This document shows positions 1 through 13,670 of a stretch of 64,000 bases of DNA, piece by piece; position 1 is the stretch's first letter, and each line of letters begins with the position of its first letter. The translations under genes were made by a program, and so were the position numbers. Under the pieces are notes generated by a model, which was not told where the DNA came from, ran no database searches, and saw only the letters and a list, made by a program, of their open reading frames with translations. This stretch comes from Octopus sinensis (Eukaryota): positions 164,982,001 to 165,046,000 of the forward strand of contig NC_042998.1 in NCBI RefSeq assembly GCF_006345805.1, in the 5' to 3' direction.

Positions 1-360
1 CCCGCCGCTACCTTCTGAGTTCAAATTCCGCCGAGATCGACTTTGTCTTTCATCCTTCCGGGATCGATAAAATTAAGTATCAGTGAAACACTGGTATCGA
101 TGTAATCGACTTGTCACCTCCCCGCAAATTCCAGGCCTTGTGCCTATAGTAGAAAGCATTATTATCGATTGTGTATGGCGGTGAAGCTGGCCGAATTCGT
201 AACGGCATTTCGTCGGTCGTTACGTTCCGATTTCAAATCCCACCGAGGTCAACTTTTCCTAACATTCTTTCGAGGTCGATGAAGTAAGTACCAGTTAATC
301 TCCTGCAACTCTCCTAAAATTTCAGGCCTTGTGCTTATGTAAGAAAGGATTATTATCAAT
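1..360 (+). mobile_element. Two adjacent family 1 SINE copies (1-165, 176-360)
   Basis: gagttcaaattccgccgag and the tttcatcc...taagtaccag core; tails end in ggattattat. Confidence 0.8.
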
Positions 361-784
361 TATGTACGCTGGTAATTTTAATTAATGTGTCAATATTTCA
401 TCTCTAAATTCTAATTGTAACCAATGTCTTTCCGTGTGCACGCATACTCGCAGCCACTTGATATCTTGGGATTACATGAGGTTTGGAAGTCATGCTCTTG
501 ACTATAAAATGACTGACATAAAAAAGATAAAATCGTAGTTAACGGAAAGCTGTCGCATGATGTCAAGTATTTTTCTCCTCTTGATAAAAAACAGTTTTGA
601 CGCAAAAAAAAAAATTCAATCCGTTGTTGAAATCATAATGAGAATAATAATTTTAGAAGGTTTGGTATAATGGAACTCATAAAAATATACCCCATTCTTT
701 AAGGACATAAAAAAAATAAACAACACACTCTAATAAAATATACTTAAGGAAAAATGTTTTTAAATGGCACGCTATTATGAGACA

Positions 785-1195
785 ATGTACCATACCGAAC
801 CTAATATCCGGAAAATTTGGGACCGGAAGTGTCACAGATTATGGATTATCCGGCTTTCTAGAAAGTGCCTAAATATTTATTTAAAATATAAAATAAACTG
901 TGTAGGGTAAAGAGCTAAATTATATTGAACAGAGATTCAAATGAATACACGTGAAACGCTGGGTCTGACAGATATTAATTAATCCACTTAAAATTATTAA
1001 GATACATCATATCGTACCGTATATACATTATAATATTTAAAGGATGAAAATTAAATGAAGTAAAGAACATGATTTTATTTTACCGATACATGTGCAAATT
1101 GTCAATACAGGTAAAAGAATATTACACGGTATTGCCGGTATTCTACAGAATTTTCGGATTTCTGGAAGTCGGATAAGAGATCTAGTAGCGTATTT
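785..1195. mobile_element. Possible decayed pogo/Tigger-like MITE
   Basis: Weak terminal inverted similarity (atatccgga ... tcggataagagatct) and repeated ccgg/ttatccgg motifs. Confidence 0.3.
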
Positions 1196-2172
1196 AGGTA
1201 TCGCAAGACAGGTTATGTGGTAATGGAAAACAGCTTAAAGCTTTAGGTAAACAGACCGATTTGCAGGTTGAAATCCATAGGTTTCGATTAATAACAGGAA
1301 TACAGAATAAATATTTGAATATAGTGATTGATGTTTGATTGGTTAAAATCGTCATCTGACAACAGCCATATGCCACCATTTTAGAGGGAGAGAGAGAGAG
1401 AGAGGGGGAGAGAGGGAGAGAGAAACAAGGAGAAAGAAAAGAGGGAGAGAGAAAGAAAGGAGAGAGAAAGAGGACAGAGAAAGAGACGGAGATTGAAAGA
1501 GAGGGAGAGAGCTATTTATATTATTGTTTTCACTTTTTGTATTGATACTCTATTTCCTTTTTGGCTTCGCCCTTTAGTTCACGATATGTATATTTGTGTG
1601 TGTATATATAGATAGATCCATCCATACATGCATGCATGTATACCTAGATGCACAGAGACGCACATACATATGTACACATATATATATTTATATACATACA
1701 CAATACACAATACACACACGTACGTACATGTATGCATATATGAATACACAAACATTAGAACAAAGATTTACTCCATCAATCATGTAATCACAGAAACTCT
1801 AAAGCTTTCATACAAAGGACACTCGCAGCAGTATAATAGATAACATACAGAATTGCATACGCAGTACATAATGTGATTTTTACACAAACACACACACACA
1901 CGCACACACATATATATCTATGCATGCTTATATATATATATAGTCATTCGCTTTTCTCGTAGTCAGAATTAGCTACGGACACAATCACAAATGTCACAGA
2001 TCATTACATATTAGCAACACCAACAGCAGGAAGAACAACAGCAATAACGAAACAAATGCACTACCATTAACTTCAACAATACCAGCAACAGCTGCAGCAG
2101 CAGAAGTAAAAATTACAGCAGCCATTCACTATTTCTATGAACATGACAACAACAGCTACCACCGCCACCACC

Positions 2173-2206
<34 letters not shown>

Positions 2207-2337
2207 CAATCATGGCTGTATTACTCTAGCAAAATTCTATCACTATATTCTTCACCCTAATCATTACGAAATCACTAACACTACCTAAAAAATAATCAGC
2301 CCAAACGGACCACCACCACCACCAACATCATCTTTAC

Positions 2338-2523
2338 CAGTGCTCCACAACCGGTGTTCCACAACAAACTGGTGTACCACGGAACGATGCTAGGTGTGCC
2401 GCAGTGTAAAATGAATATAATTTTTTTCCCCCTATACTTTTAGTTATATTTTTAGTCCAGTTGTGCGGCCGAATTTTGAAATGAGTATGTGTAGCGCAAA
2501 TGAAAAAAGGTTGCGGAGCATTG
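2338..2523. mobile_element. hAT (Charlie-like) MITE
   Basis: 15-bp TIRs cagtgctccacaacc / ggttgcggagcattg (13/15 match); decayed 8-bp flanks atctttac and atccatat. Confidence 0.65.
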
Positions 2524-3295
2524 ATCCATATACCACAACACTGCCTACAACGAACATTACCATCACAGCTATCACAATTACTACTATGAAATTCACCTCC
2601 TTATCACTACACAACCACCGGTATTGCGACTACCACCACTAATACTACAAACACCACCACCACCTGTAGCCACACTATGATCTTCATTACCCAAGAACGA
2701 GTATGATTTGGTAACGTGTATTATGCTTTCACTGATTGTTTTAGGTGCTTATGTAGTCGCCAGTAGACATAGATACCATCACAACTCTCCTCCATTTGAC
2801 CTAAGGGCACATTCAGGATGAAACAACTTGAGGGAGAAAGAGTGAGGGCTGCGTCAGTACTCGGCTGGTAGTCATTTTCAGATTAGTGGACTACAGCAAT
2901 ATGAAGTGAAACACATTGCTCAAAGACCCTCTGCACTGCACGATGCAGCAATTGACTCTGGGACGGTACAGTTGTTAGCCGAGCATCCTAACGGCTAGGT
3001 CACGCCCCTTCAACACTACAATCATTAGAGAAACAACTGTTGGGCTATCGAAGAAGCCACTTCGTGTAAGCCATAACAACCAGATTGTTTTCGACTTGCA
3101 CCATACCATCTTAATGAAATAAGTAATAGAAAGACGAGATTAAGCCGGCTGGCAAACCTTTGCTAAAACGAGCTGACTTCATCTGATCTGAGATTAAACA
3201 GCAACTGCTACAACACAGCTCCACTCATCATCAGCACAACAACAACTGACATTAATACTGCTTCCGACAAGAACAACATTATTCGTGCTGTTATA

Positions 3296-3500
3296 GGCAC
3301 AAAGCCTGACATTTTGAGGGGAGGGATCTAGTCCATTACATTGACCTCAGTGTTCTACTGGTACTTATTTCATCGACTCCTGAAAAATAGAAATGAAAGA
3401 CAAAGTCGACCTCAGCTGCATTTGAACTCAGAACGTAAAACCAGAACCAATACCGTCATATAATTTGTTCGGCTTGCTAACGATTCCGCCAGCTCACCGC
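3296..3500 (-). mobile_element. Family 1 SINE, diverged
   Basis: aaagtcgacctcagctgcatttgaactcagaacgt...gctaacgattccgccagctcaccgc. Confidence 0.75.
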
Positions 3501-5542
3501 ATTTTGTATATTCGTTATTAACAGTTGATGATATTCACTCAACACAGGCCTTAAAGCTGTAGACTACACTTACCACAAAACTGCTGAAGTTTTAATTTCT
3601 TCAACCCATCGATGATATTTATAATATACACTAATTTTCCCACGCAAGATGATAGAAGTAATTCTGGTGGTGATGGTGTGGTGACGGCGAAAAAGTTGTG
3701 ACAGTTGTGGTGGTGGTAGTGGTGGTGATGGTGTGTGGTGGTGGTGGTGATGGTGGTGACGGTGATGATGTTGATTACCATTATGATGATGATGATGACA
3801 GTGAGGATAATCATGATGATGATGATGCTGCTGATGACAGTGAGGTTGATGATGACGATGATGAAGAAGGTAATGACGTCGAGAATGTTAGCAATGAGGA
3901 TCATGAAGATGATGACAAAGGGGAGGAAGAGGAAAGGATGACAAAGTGTAGAAGGGGACGTTAATGAAAAGGAGGAAGAGAGGATGAGGAAAGTGATGAA
4001 GATGGTAATGATGGCGAGAATGTTAGCGATGATGACCATAAAAACGACGATGGCTAGGATAATGATGACAATGACTGAACAGATTTATGATTAAGACGTT
4101 CCGTCCATGACCACCTCCTTTTATTTTAAATTATTCTATCTAGGACTATGTATTTCTATGTGTAATATACAAGGACTTTTGGATTACACTGTATATTTGT
4201 TAAGTCAGTTAGGTATGATTTGAAGGAGATTTGATTGCTAATACTAGCAGATCGAGCGATCACATGAGATGCTCAACCGTTGGCCCATGTTGTTGTTAAG
4301 CCTTAGGTCAGTCTTGGTCGAAATAATTTTGGTCAAGAGCATTCCAACCATGATCATCCAAACTGTCCTTTATTTTTAGGATGGCAGAACTTCATTCGAG
4401 GGAGATGTGATTATCATTTCTAGCTGGTAAAGTAACCATGTAAAGCCTCACTTGCTGGCTTGTGAGAGAAGTGGCGGTGATGGGGGCAGTGGTGGTGATG
4501 GTTGTGGAGATGGTGGTATTTTCTGGATGGTCGTCGGATTATTTGTTATTTTTTCTGATGATGTTAAAACTATTAGTAATAGTAGTGGTGGTAGCGATGC
4601 GGATGAAGCAGAGTTAGTGGCCAGGGTGGTTTTGGTTTTGATATCGGTGATGGAGTCGAGACGTCTTCTAATTAGTGTTTATGGAGTCGGTAAAAACGGT
4701 AGCAGCGATGGTGGTAATATTGCTGTTATTATCCTCCTTGTTGTTGGTGGTGGTGATGGTGCATGATAGGTGAGGTGGCTGTTGTTGTTGTTGCTGTTGT
4801 TGTTGTTGTTCTTGATGGTAGCGAATCTAATGGCGATGAAAGATGGTGCTGTCTGGCAAAATGGCTAAACAATATCTGTCGAAAACACAAATTCGTTGTT
4901 GGCTCAACTAATTTGGCGATAGGGAAGACACAGAGAAACTAACTGGGAGGAAACCAAAATAAACAAAACAATGAAAATAAAATTAAAAATAAAAATATAA
5001 GACGATGAAAACTTGAAGAAAACGCAAACAACAAGTTGTGAAAAAACTCGACGAAAACAAAAGAAAAAAACCAACATTAATAACAAACGAAAATAAACAA
5101 AATTTCTGCTGCCGCTACTGAAGATGGTGCTATTGTTGCTGGTACTGTTCATGTGTGCGAGCTCATTCACATGACAAGCAACGTATGTGTCTTCCTCCTC
5201 CACAAATGTTCACTCTTTCTCTTCTCCATCTTCTCCATTTTTCCATCGTCACGACGACCACCAGTATTACAGACATCATCAGCACCACTATTACTACCAC
5301 CTACATCACCATTACAATCACAATCACACAGCTTACAAACAAAAAACACAAACACAAAAGCAACCACAAACAAAACTGCCAACACCCACAAGATAGTTGT
5401 CCCCCACGACTAACATAAACACAATCACTACATACAGCCTGTATGTAGTCACTCATTCAGCTAGAAATAGCAGTTAAATCTCTTTCAAACCACATCCTAG
5501 AATTTTCAACAAAGAAAAATAACAAAAAAAACACTACATAAT

Positions 5543-5697
5543 AGGCGCAGGCGTGGCTGTGTGGTAAGAAGTAGCTTGCTTCCCAACCACATGGTTCCGG
5601 GTTCAGTCCCACCTTGGGCAAGTTTTTCTACTCTAGCCTTGGGCCGACCAAAGCCATGTGAATGGATTTGGTAGACGGAAACTAAAAGAAGCCCTTC

Positions 5698-5746
<49 letters not shown>

Positions 5747-5925
5747 TGTATATGTTTGTGTGTGTTTATGTCCCCGTAACTTAGCGGTTCGGTGACAAGA
5801 GACCCAATAGAATGAGAACTAGGCTAACAAAGAATAAGTCCAGAGGTCGAATTGTTCGACTAAAGGTGTTGCTCCAACATGGCCACAGTCAATGACTGAA
5901 ACAAGTAAAAGAATAAGAGAATAGC
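5543..5925 (+). mobile_element. SINE family 2 with internal (TA)n
   Basis: ggcgcaggcgtggctgtgtggtaag...ggttccgggttcagtccc...ggatttggtagacggaaac...catggccacagtcaatgactgaaac. Confidence 0.85.
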
Positions 5926-6159
5926 AGAGTCCTGCAAACATTTAAAGGCGGGATAATTACAGTTGAAAAGCTTTTGATCATAGGTGCTTCCAGTCGGCAT
6001 TGACCCGAAGTCAAACAACTAAAGCCACTGAGGGACCCTCTACGTGGTCATGCCATCTGTTACATATAGCAGCCAAAACATAAGTCACAACCAACCTTTC
6101 AAAAAGGAACATATTCTCTGAAGTAATTTTGAAGAATTATTTATTTTGTACTCCAGGCA

Positions 6160-6460
6160 CAGAATTTTTGGGTAGTGGGCCTCTCGATTAGATCTACCCC
6201 AGTACGCAACTGGTAACTAATTTATCGATCCGGAAAGGATGAAAGGCAAATTCGATCTCGGTGGAATTTGAACTCGGAGGGTAGCGGCAGACGAAATACC
6301 TATTTCTTTACTACCCTCAACACAGAGAGGACAAACATGGACAGACAAACAGATTAAGTTGATTACATCGACCCCAGTGCGTAACTGGTTCTTAATTTAT
6401 CGACCCCGAAAGGATGAAAGGCAAAGTCGACCTCGGCAGAATTTGAACTCAGAACGTAAC
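6160..6460 (-). mobile_element. Two 5'-truncated family 1 SINEs
   Basis: Two ggatgaaaggcaaa...ggaatttgaactc cores (~6237 and ~6412). Confidence 0.78.
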
Positions 6461-6478
6461 AGAAGAATAAAAACGTAA

Positions 6479-6850
6479 CAGAAGAATAAAAAAGCGAAAA
6501 TGCATATTGAATATAACAAAAAAAATAAAAGCTTTTTTTATGATAAGTAGCGATAAATAAATACAATTAGATTAACTGAGGTAGAATTAAGAGGAATTAA
6601 ATTCATTATTTTGAATTGTTAAAGTGATTCAAAGTCAAACCGGTATCGTCATTGCTGTTCACTGGCTTTGATTGCGCACCACAGTGAACAGCAATGATTA
6701 CACTGGTTTGACTTTGAATCTCTTTAACAATTCAAAATAATGAATTTAATTCCTCTTAATTCTAGCTCAGTTCATCTAATTGTATTCATTTAGCGCTACT
6801 TTTCATTAAAAAGTCTTTGTTTTTAGTGCATTTTCGCTTTTTTCTTCTTA
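6479..6850. mobile_element. Foldback element with ~180-bp imperfect inverted arms and a 17-nt loop (6665-6681)
   Basis: aattaagaggaattaaattcattattttgaattgttaaag...gctgttcactg versus cagtgaacagc...ctttaacaattcaaaataatgaatttaattcctcttaatt. Confidence 0.85.
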
Positions 6851-6915
6851 CTTTCCCCATATCTTTTCCACGTGTAGTTTCTATTTTCTTTATGAAACAT
6901 ATTTCTATTATACTT

Positions 6916-7045
6916 ACTAAATCGACCCCGAAAGAATGAAAGGCAAAGTCGACCTCGGCGGAATTTGAACTTACGACGTAACGGCAGACGAAATATGGCT
7001 ACGAATTTTGCCCGGCGTGCTAACGTTTCAGCCAGCTCGCCGCCC
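6916..7045 (-). mobile_element. Family 1 SINE 5' half
   Basis: gaaaggcaaagtcgacctcggcggaatttgaac...gccagctcgccgcc. Confidence 0.8.
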
Positions 7046-8329
7046 CAGTAATTTTGAAGAATTATGTCTAACTAAATGACAGGATGGTCAAAAATAGAAT
7101 GGCTTTTGATTAAAGGACTCACAGGCCACTTGACCTGTCGCTAAACGGCATCATCATCATCATATATACTACAGTTACAACAAATGCTTCCACCAACAGC
7201 GACGCACGCGCTTCAACCCCACTAACTAATACTATACATTCAAAGACCACATCAACTAAATCCGGTGCCATCATAATTCCAAACGCGCACAAGGTTGTAA
7301 AGAAAGTCTTGTCGCACTCTGACACGATCGCTTTGGAAGTACTTTGTCATTACTTATGGTAAAATAATCGTTTTTACAATCTAGTGGGTGTTTTTTCATT
7401 AATTACAGATTTTGTACCATAGTGGTATCGTATCGATTTTATCCTCTAAAAATATTTATGTCAGACCCATATCAGACCCTGCACGCTGTATAAATTCAAA
7501 AGCAGCCCTTGAAGGGAAAAGATGAGAGTAGTAGATGAAGAGGCAAGCAAAGATTGCAATGGATGGATAATATCACGGGATGATTGCACAGAAGTGGCAA
7601 GGTGACTGGAGGACTCGCGCTTCATCGGAAACACTTTCATTGCAGTATCATCAATACGCTGCCGGTGTTCGAGGCATGATTACGACGATTTGAGAAATGA
7701 AAGTGACAAGAAATATTTGTTCTGTCTTATATATATATGTGTGTGTATTTAGGCGGTGCTCCTGCAGGGTCGGAGTCAAATGACAAACAAATAAAAGAAT
7801 AAAAGATTACACATACGTGTTGGTGTGCGTAAATGTGTGTATGATTACAGATTTACATATATGAGTATATATATATAGGTGTACATATATGTAATCTCTC
7901 TTTGTCGAAGTTTACTTACACAATTGCAACGAACTGGGTTTTCTCTTGTAACACAGAAATAGACACATATACGGAAAAGATTCCAAATCTCCATTAATCC
8001 GTCGATTTTGCCTAAAATGCATTATGTCAAACACGTGACGAACAAGAAAATATGTGAATGGGGATCACCTCTGACAAAGCAATGAGATTTTTCTTTATTA
8101 TTGTATTTTTGTGTCTTATATACCTAGTCATTTGATTCATACAGATGTAGTCATCTGCAATTTTCAATTAATTCTTATTTCGTTTTGTAGTTTCACCGAA
8201 TTGATACTGCCGAGCTACAACTTGTGGTTCTTATTTAACTTCAGTTCATCGTCTAGTACCAGGAAAATTCTGTATCGTCTGTGAGAAATTTTTTCGGCTC
8301 TTCATATGTGTTCTTTCTTGGTAGTGAGA

Positions 8330-9960
8330 ATTTTCCGGCTAATTTTGGTTGAGACATGTCAACATGTTTCCTCAACTACATTAACTCCGAAGTTCAGTTA
8401 TGCTTTCTGAGGTTTGTTCCCATATATTTTAAATGTTCCCAAGGCCCCAATGGTAACCTCATGAGCTTGATAACTTCTCTGTTCTAGCACTTAAAGATTT
8501 CATGCTTCAAGTTGGAACAACAGTATATTTTCTGTTTCCTTACTTTTTACTCTCAATAGGCAGGCCACGCTTCACACTATAAATCCTAAAATTTCCACAC
8601 CTTTTCGATATTAAAAAAAAATAATCAGAGTTTAAAATACGGCAAGTCCGAATTTTTTGCTTGGGTGCATCATGATTCCATTAAATCATGTTTATGGGGT
8701 AGAAAATATAGAAAAACATCAACACATATCAGAGTGCCAAAGAATCGAGGAACGTATCAGGTGGTCGTGAGATGTGCTAAAAACAGCTAAATCGCCCTTA
8801 AATCCCAAACACAATTTGCTTTTGCATCATCATATGAATTCCCGTATGTTGAACACAAATTAACATAAATTTTCTGATAATTCTAAAAATAAAAATGATG
8901 TGAGGGGTTATATGGGGCGCTTAAATCAGAATTCCGCCCTCTTTTTCACATTTGAAAAATCGTCGAGTTTACCTTCTTTCGTTCGATGTTTCGTTTCTTC
9001 TTTTTAACAATTTCCCGTTTTCTCTTCTTTAGTTTTACACTTTCCATAAACGGCTCTTCACTTATCTCCTTAAAGAGAGTTTTCCTTTTTCTTGTGGATA
9101 GAAACTTAGACTTAGCACCTCTACTTCTACTACCCAGACGACAATCATTAACCCTCTTCCTTCTGCTTTAACTGATCCACTTCTAAATGGGGATGCATAC
9201 TTGAATGCATTGTATTGCTTCCTTGTTTTTCTTTCGGTGTCCTTCAATTTATCATTTTCACTTCAGCAAATCCTGTTTAATTTCTTATCAGTGATACTGC
9301 CCGCAATGGAAATATGATTACACGTATGGTACTTACCCCATCCAAGTAAGGTCTCAAAATCTCTATTCAGTAATTTTTTTTCACTTCTTTCATATGTACA
9401 CATTTGATTTTGTAGCCTATGAATATGAATATCTAAGAATGCATTTCCTCTACTCCCTTATACATTCTGCATGTAATTATTTTATGCTCCCATAATTAGG
9501 TAGAAACTGCTCTAGTACCTTTCCCCATTTCATCTTTACCGCATAGTACATTTCCCTTTGCCAATGGTAATCCCAATATCGCTGCTAACTATTTTTAATG
9601 TTTGCCTTAAGGAGTCCAATAGGTTTCTGTCTTTGCCATAAAGTTTTAAATCCTTAATAAATAGGTGATTCCCTTTCCCTCAATTTTTTCCCAATCTGCA
9701 TCCTCCATCCCCTCATTATTATTATTATTATTATTGTTCATCATTGACTCTTTAACAGATTCGATGTTTCGAGACCAAAAATCAAATAATACACGTGTCT
9801 TGTTCGTCTCTATCTACATCTCTTTCTCCTTTGATAAAACTTTGAAACTGTTTTCTTCCATTCACCCTCATATTAAATATTTTAGGGATATAACCGAAAT
9901 GCATATAGAATTAGGGTTACATTCAAGATTGTGCAGAATTTAGATATGAACATAGTCTAC
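8330..9960 (-). mobile_element. Older R4/Dong-like LINE relic, fragmented
   Basis: NHLFIKDLKLYGKDRNLLDSLRQTLKIVSSDIGITIGKGKC at ~9550-9670 (RT YMDD region); VTIGALG at 8437-8457. Boundaries approximate. Confidence 0.6.
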
Positions 9961-11402
9961 AAAATGTAAATCTAAAGTAAGTGAATGTTTCATTTATTAT
10001 ACTTAGCTAACTTATCTCAGTTCACAAACAAAGCTTTCAGGATCATCGCAGCTTGTGTAGAGGCTGCCAGAACTCTTATCAATGGACACCCAGCTTGCTG
10101 TAAAAATTGTATTACATAATGTAGGTACGAATTAATTAAGAGAATAATGCTCCCACTGCAGTGTATAGTACGTTAAACTTTTATAAATGGACTTCCATCA
10201 GTCTCGATATTTTGGAGTCAGTTGCTTAGTTTACTGAATTGTCTAAATTAGTTGATATGTAATTGAATATTTCCCAAAAGCGGGTAATCTGAACCTGATT
10301 CTCAAGACAAATTGGTGTGGTACAATGTACGACAAGGCTGTACCTTTGAACTGCAGGTAAAAATTTATACGTTGCGCTTCCCCAGAATTCCAACCCAAAC
10401 AATTTCTCTCATAAGACTTGGATTGGCCCAACGAGACGAGGAAAGGCACTTGCCCGAGATGCCTCGCATAAATCTATATCAGAACCTTTTGATTGTGAAG
10501 TGAACTTAAACATTTCGCCAAACCTGTGTCCATTTAACCATGCTGTCTCCATTTTGTAATTCTGCTTTGTTGTGTTATAGCTACTACATCCACTCGTTTA
10601 CATGCCATCTCGACACCTAATGCCAGAATCTAAATATTGGATAATCACATTCTGTGGTGAGTCTAACAGCTAATATCATTAATAACTAGCTACAAACATA
10701 CACAGCTATGAATAACTGTTTCGCATTCCCATATAAATACTAAACTAGATTCTAAACTCTTCTAAATTCTAAATCCTTCTAAACTAGGGACAATCCAATT
10801 ACATTAAACTTTAAACTTGTGAAAATAGATTATGTATTTTACGCATTGATCTATGAACGTCTTGTGTGTGATTACTTCCGAGCTGTTATTATCTTATTCG
10901 AGCAGTGCTGTACACAAAAATAAATCCATTGGAATTTTGAGAATTATATGCACTAAGCTTACGATTTTAGGTGGTGTGTCCTTTTTCTTATCCAAGGCAG
11001 TGACTGCAAATAACCACTGGAATGAAACATACTTAAGGAGCAAAAGATACAAACTTGTGTTTATCATGAGTTTTCTCCTGTAGGGCAAGATATACATACG
11101 CAGGTTAGGTGAGTACAGCAGTTAATATATTTAATGCCAGTATAGTAACCATCAAATAATTTTTTCATAGACTGATTCGCCAAAGATCCTGCTTGGACAA
11201 TTTGAACAATAATGGATATATCTAATATAGATAAAGAAAAATAATAGAATTGTACAAACCAAATTTCTATGCCTCAGTGTTGAGGATATTGTGGTATGAG
11301 GAACCCGCAAGATGGGATTAATATTGGTGTTTGTTTTCATTTTTATAACCGTAATTCCAAGTTAGTTTTGCTCGTATATTCTTACATTTGTATTCTTTTC
11401 TA

Positions 11403-11553
11403 CTCTAGGCCCGAAATTTTGGGGGGAAATTTTGGCCCGAAATTTTGGATGCAGTCAATTAGATCAACCCCAGTACGCAACTGGTACTTAATTTATCGAC
11501 TCCGAAAGGATGAAAGGCAAAGTCGACCCCGGTGGAATCTGAACTCAGAACGT
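11403..11553 (-). mobile_element. Family 1 SINE fragment
   Basis: ccccagtacgcaactggtacttaatttatcgactccgaaaggatgaaaggc. Confidence 0.78.
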
Positions 11554-11900
11554 TTACATTTATATTAAGTTACAAACATTATGGCTTTGCATCATGCATT
11601 GAGTACAACACTGAGTACAGTTTTTCTGTAATAAACACATAGTGCAAAAGATATGAGAAATATGTTAGCATCTCTCTATGTATGTATGCATGTATATATC
11701 ATAAGTATATATGCTATAATTACACAGCTGTTATATTATATTTAGAATATATATATATATATATATATATATATTACATAATTATATATTTGTTAGTGTG
11801 TATGTGTAGAATCTGCTGTTTTATTTGTATAAAGTTGTATATGGGTGCGCGCGCATGTGTAGTACCAACGAGTCTGATGTGTGTGTGCGCGCATGTGCGT

Positions 11901-12038
11901 GCGTGAACACGTTCGTAGAATACAATATGGTATTTTGACGTTCACAGTAGATACGCCCTCTTCAAGTCTTACTTGACGTCATATCTTGCTTCGTGCATTA
12001 TAAACACAGACGTAACCGCACTCACTCACACACTTTCC

Positions 12039-12082
<44 letters not shown>

Positions 12083-12730
12083 AACGTTGTATGTGTGTGT
12101 GTGTGCGTTCGCATTTTTGTATGTGTAATTTATGTATATCCAAGAGTGAAAATGATGTGTCCAGATCATTAACCTTCCCTACATATGTAAATCGCAGAAT
12201 CTCTTGACAATAGTTTGGCAATAGCAGGAACTGCTTACATATCATAAGTATATAGTCAGCTGTGTAAATATGCATTTAGACAGATTCAGGCAGTTTCTGG
12301 TGCTACAAGTTTTTCTCTTCTTCTCTACCTCTCTCTCCCTATCACACACACACACACATACACATATACACACACATATGCCTCTTGATCGGTACTTCCA
12401 CTTAAGTTTTCTTTATTCCCCCACCACTATTTGTATTCCCCTCTCCCTCCCCTCTCTCTGTATACCTCATGCACACACATGCGTAGACATGATAGACACA
12501 TCTATGCATTCATATTTATACTCCAGAGTAAAAAGGAACTGGCACACATACGCACACACACACATTCACGTGTGTGTGTGTGTGTGTATGTGTGTGTGTG
12601 TATGTGTGTGTGTATGTGTGTGTGTGTGTGCGTGTGTGTGTGTGTACTTATATACAGCTATATTAGCTCATAGGCTCAGGCCCTTGAAAATGAATATTCG
12701 TGCTCAAAAATAAAACCTCAAATGTTTGTC

Positions 12731-12772
<42 letters not shown>

Positions 12773-13028
12773 CGCGCACACACACACACACACAATGCAT
12801 AATGCACGTATCTATGTATACATACACAGATCTCTTTTCTTCACTAGTTTCAATCATTGGATGGCGACCATTCTATGACACCCCCAACCCACCCATGATT
12901 ATTTCAGTGTGATTCTTTATGTATCGAAATCTATTTGTCGTACTGCTATCTCACAGGACATAAGCCACAGACATTAACAACTGTCTACGTTTGTGTGTGT
13001 TTGTAAGTGTGTATGGTGTGTGTGTGTG

Positions 13029-13061
<33 letters not shown>

Positions 13062-13190
13062 TGTGTATGTGTGTGTGTGTGTGTGCGTGTGTGTGTGTGT
13101 GTACTTATATACAGCTATATTAGCTCATAGGCTCAGGCCTTGAAAATGAATATTCGTGCTCAAAAATAAAACCTCAAATGTTTGTCCCTT

Positions 13191-13226
<36 letters not shown>

Positions 13227-13471
13227 CCGCGCGCACACACACACACACACAATGCATAATGCACGTATCTATGTATACATACACAGATCTCTTTTCTTCA
13301 CTAGTTTCAATCATTGGATGGCGACCATTCTATGACACCCCCAACCCACCCATGATTATTTCAGTGTGATTCTTTATGTATCGAAATCTATTTGTCGTAC
13401 TGCTATCTCACAGGACATAAGCCACAGACATTAACAACTGTCTACGTTTGTGTGTGTTTGTAAGTGTGTAT

Positions 13472-13533
<62 letters not shown>

Positions 13534-13670
13534 TGTGTGAGTGAGTGTGGTTACGTCTGTCTGTGTTTATAATTCACAGAGCAAGATATGACGTCAACTA
13601 AAGACTTGAAGAGGGCGTATCTACTGTGAACGTCAAATTACCATATTGTATTCTACGAACGCGTTCATGC
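11901..13670. mobile_element. Element bounded by ~180-bp inverted repeats (11901-12080 and ~13490-13670)
   Basis: gttcgtagaatacaatatggtattttgacgttcacagtagatacgccctcttcaagtc matches the reverse complement of gacttgaagagggcgtatctactgtgaacgtcaaattaccatattgtattctacgaac. Confidence 0.8.
12585..13497. repeat. Near-identical 457-bp tandem duplication with junctions in (GT)n
   Basis: gtacttatatacagctatattagctcatagg occurs at 12644 and 13101, and the whole unit repeats. Confidence 0.9.

Noticed and set aside
3551-5418. Asp-, His-, Thr- and Gly-rich ORFs
   Set aside because: They are translations of decayed trinucleotide repeats, open on both strands, with no supporting splice structure.
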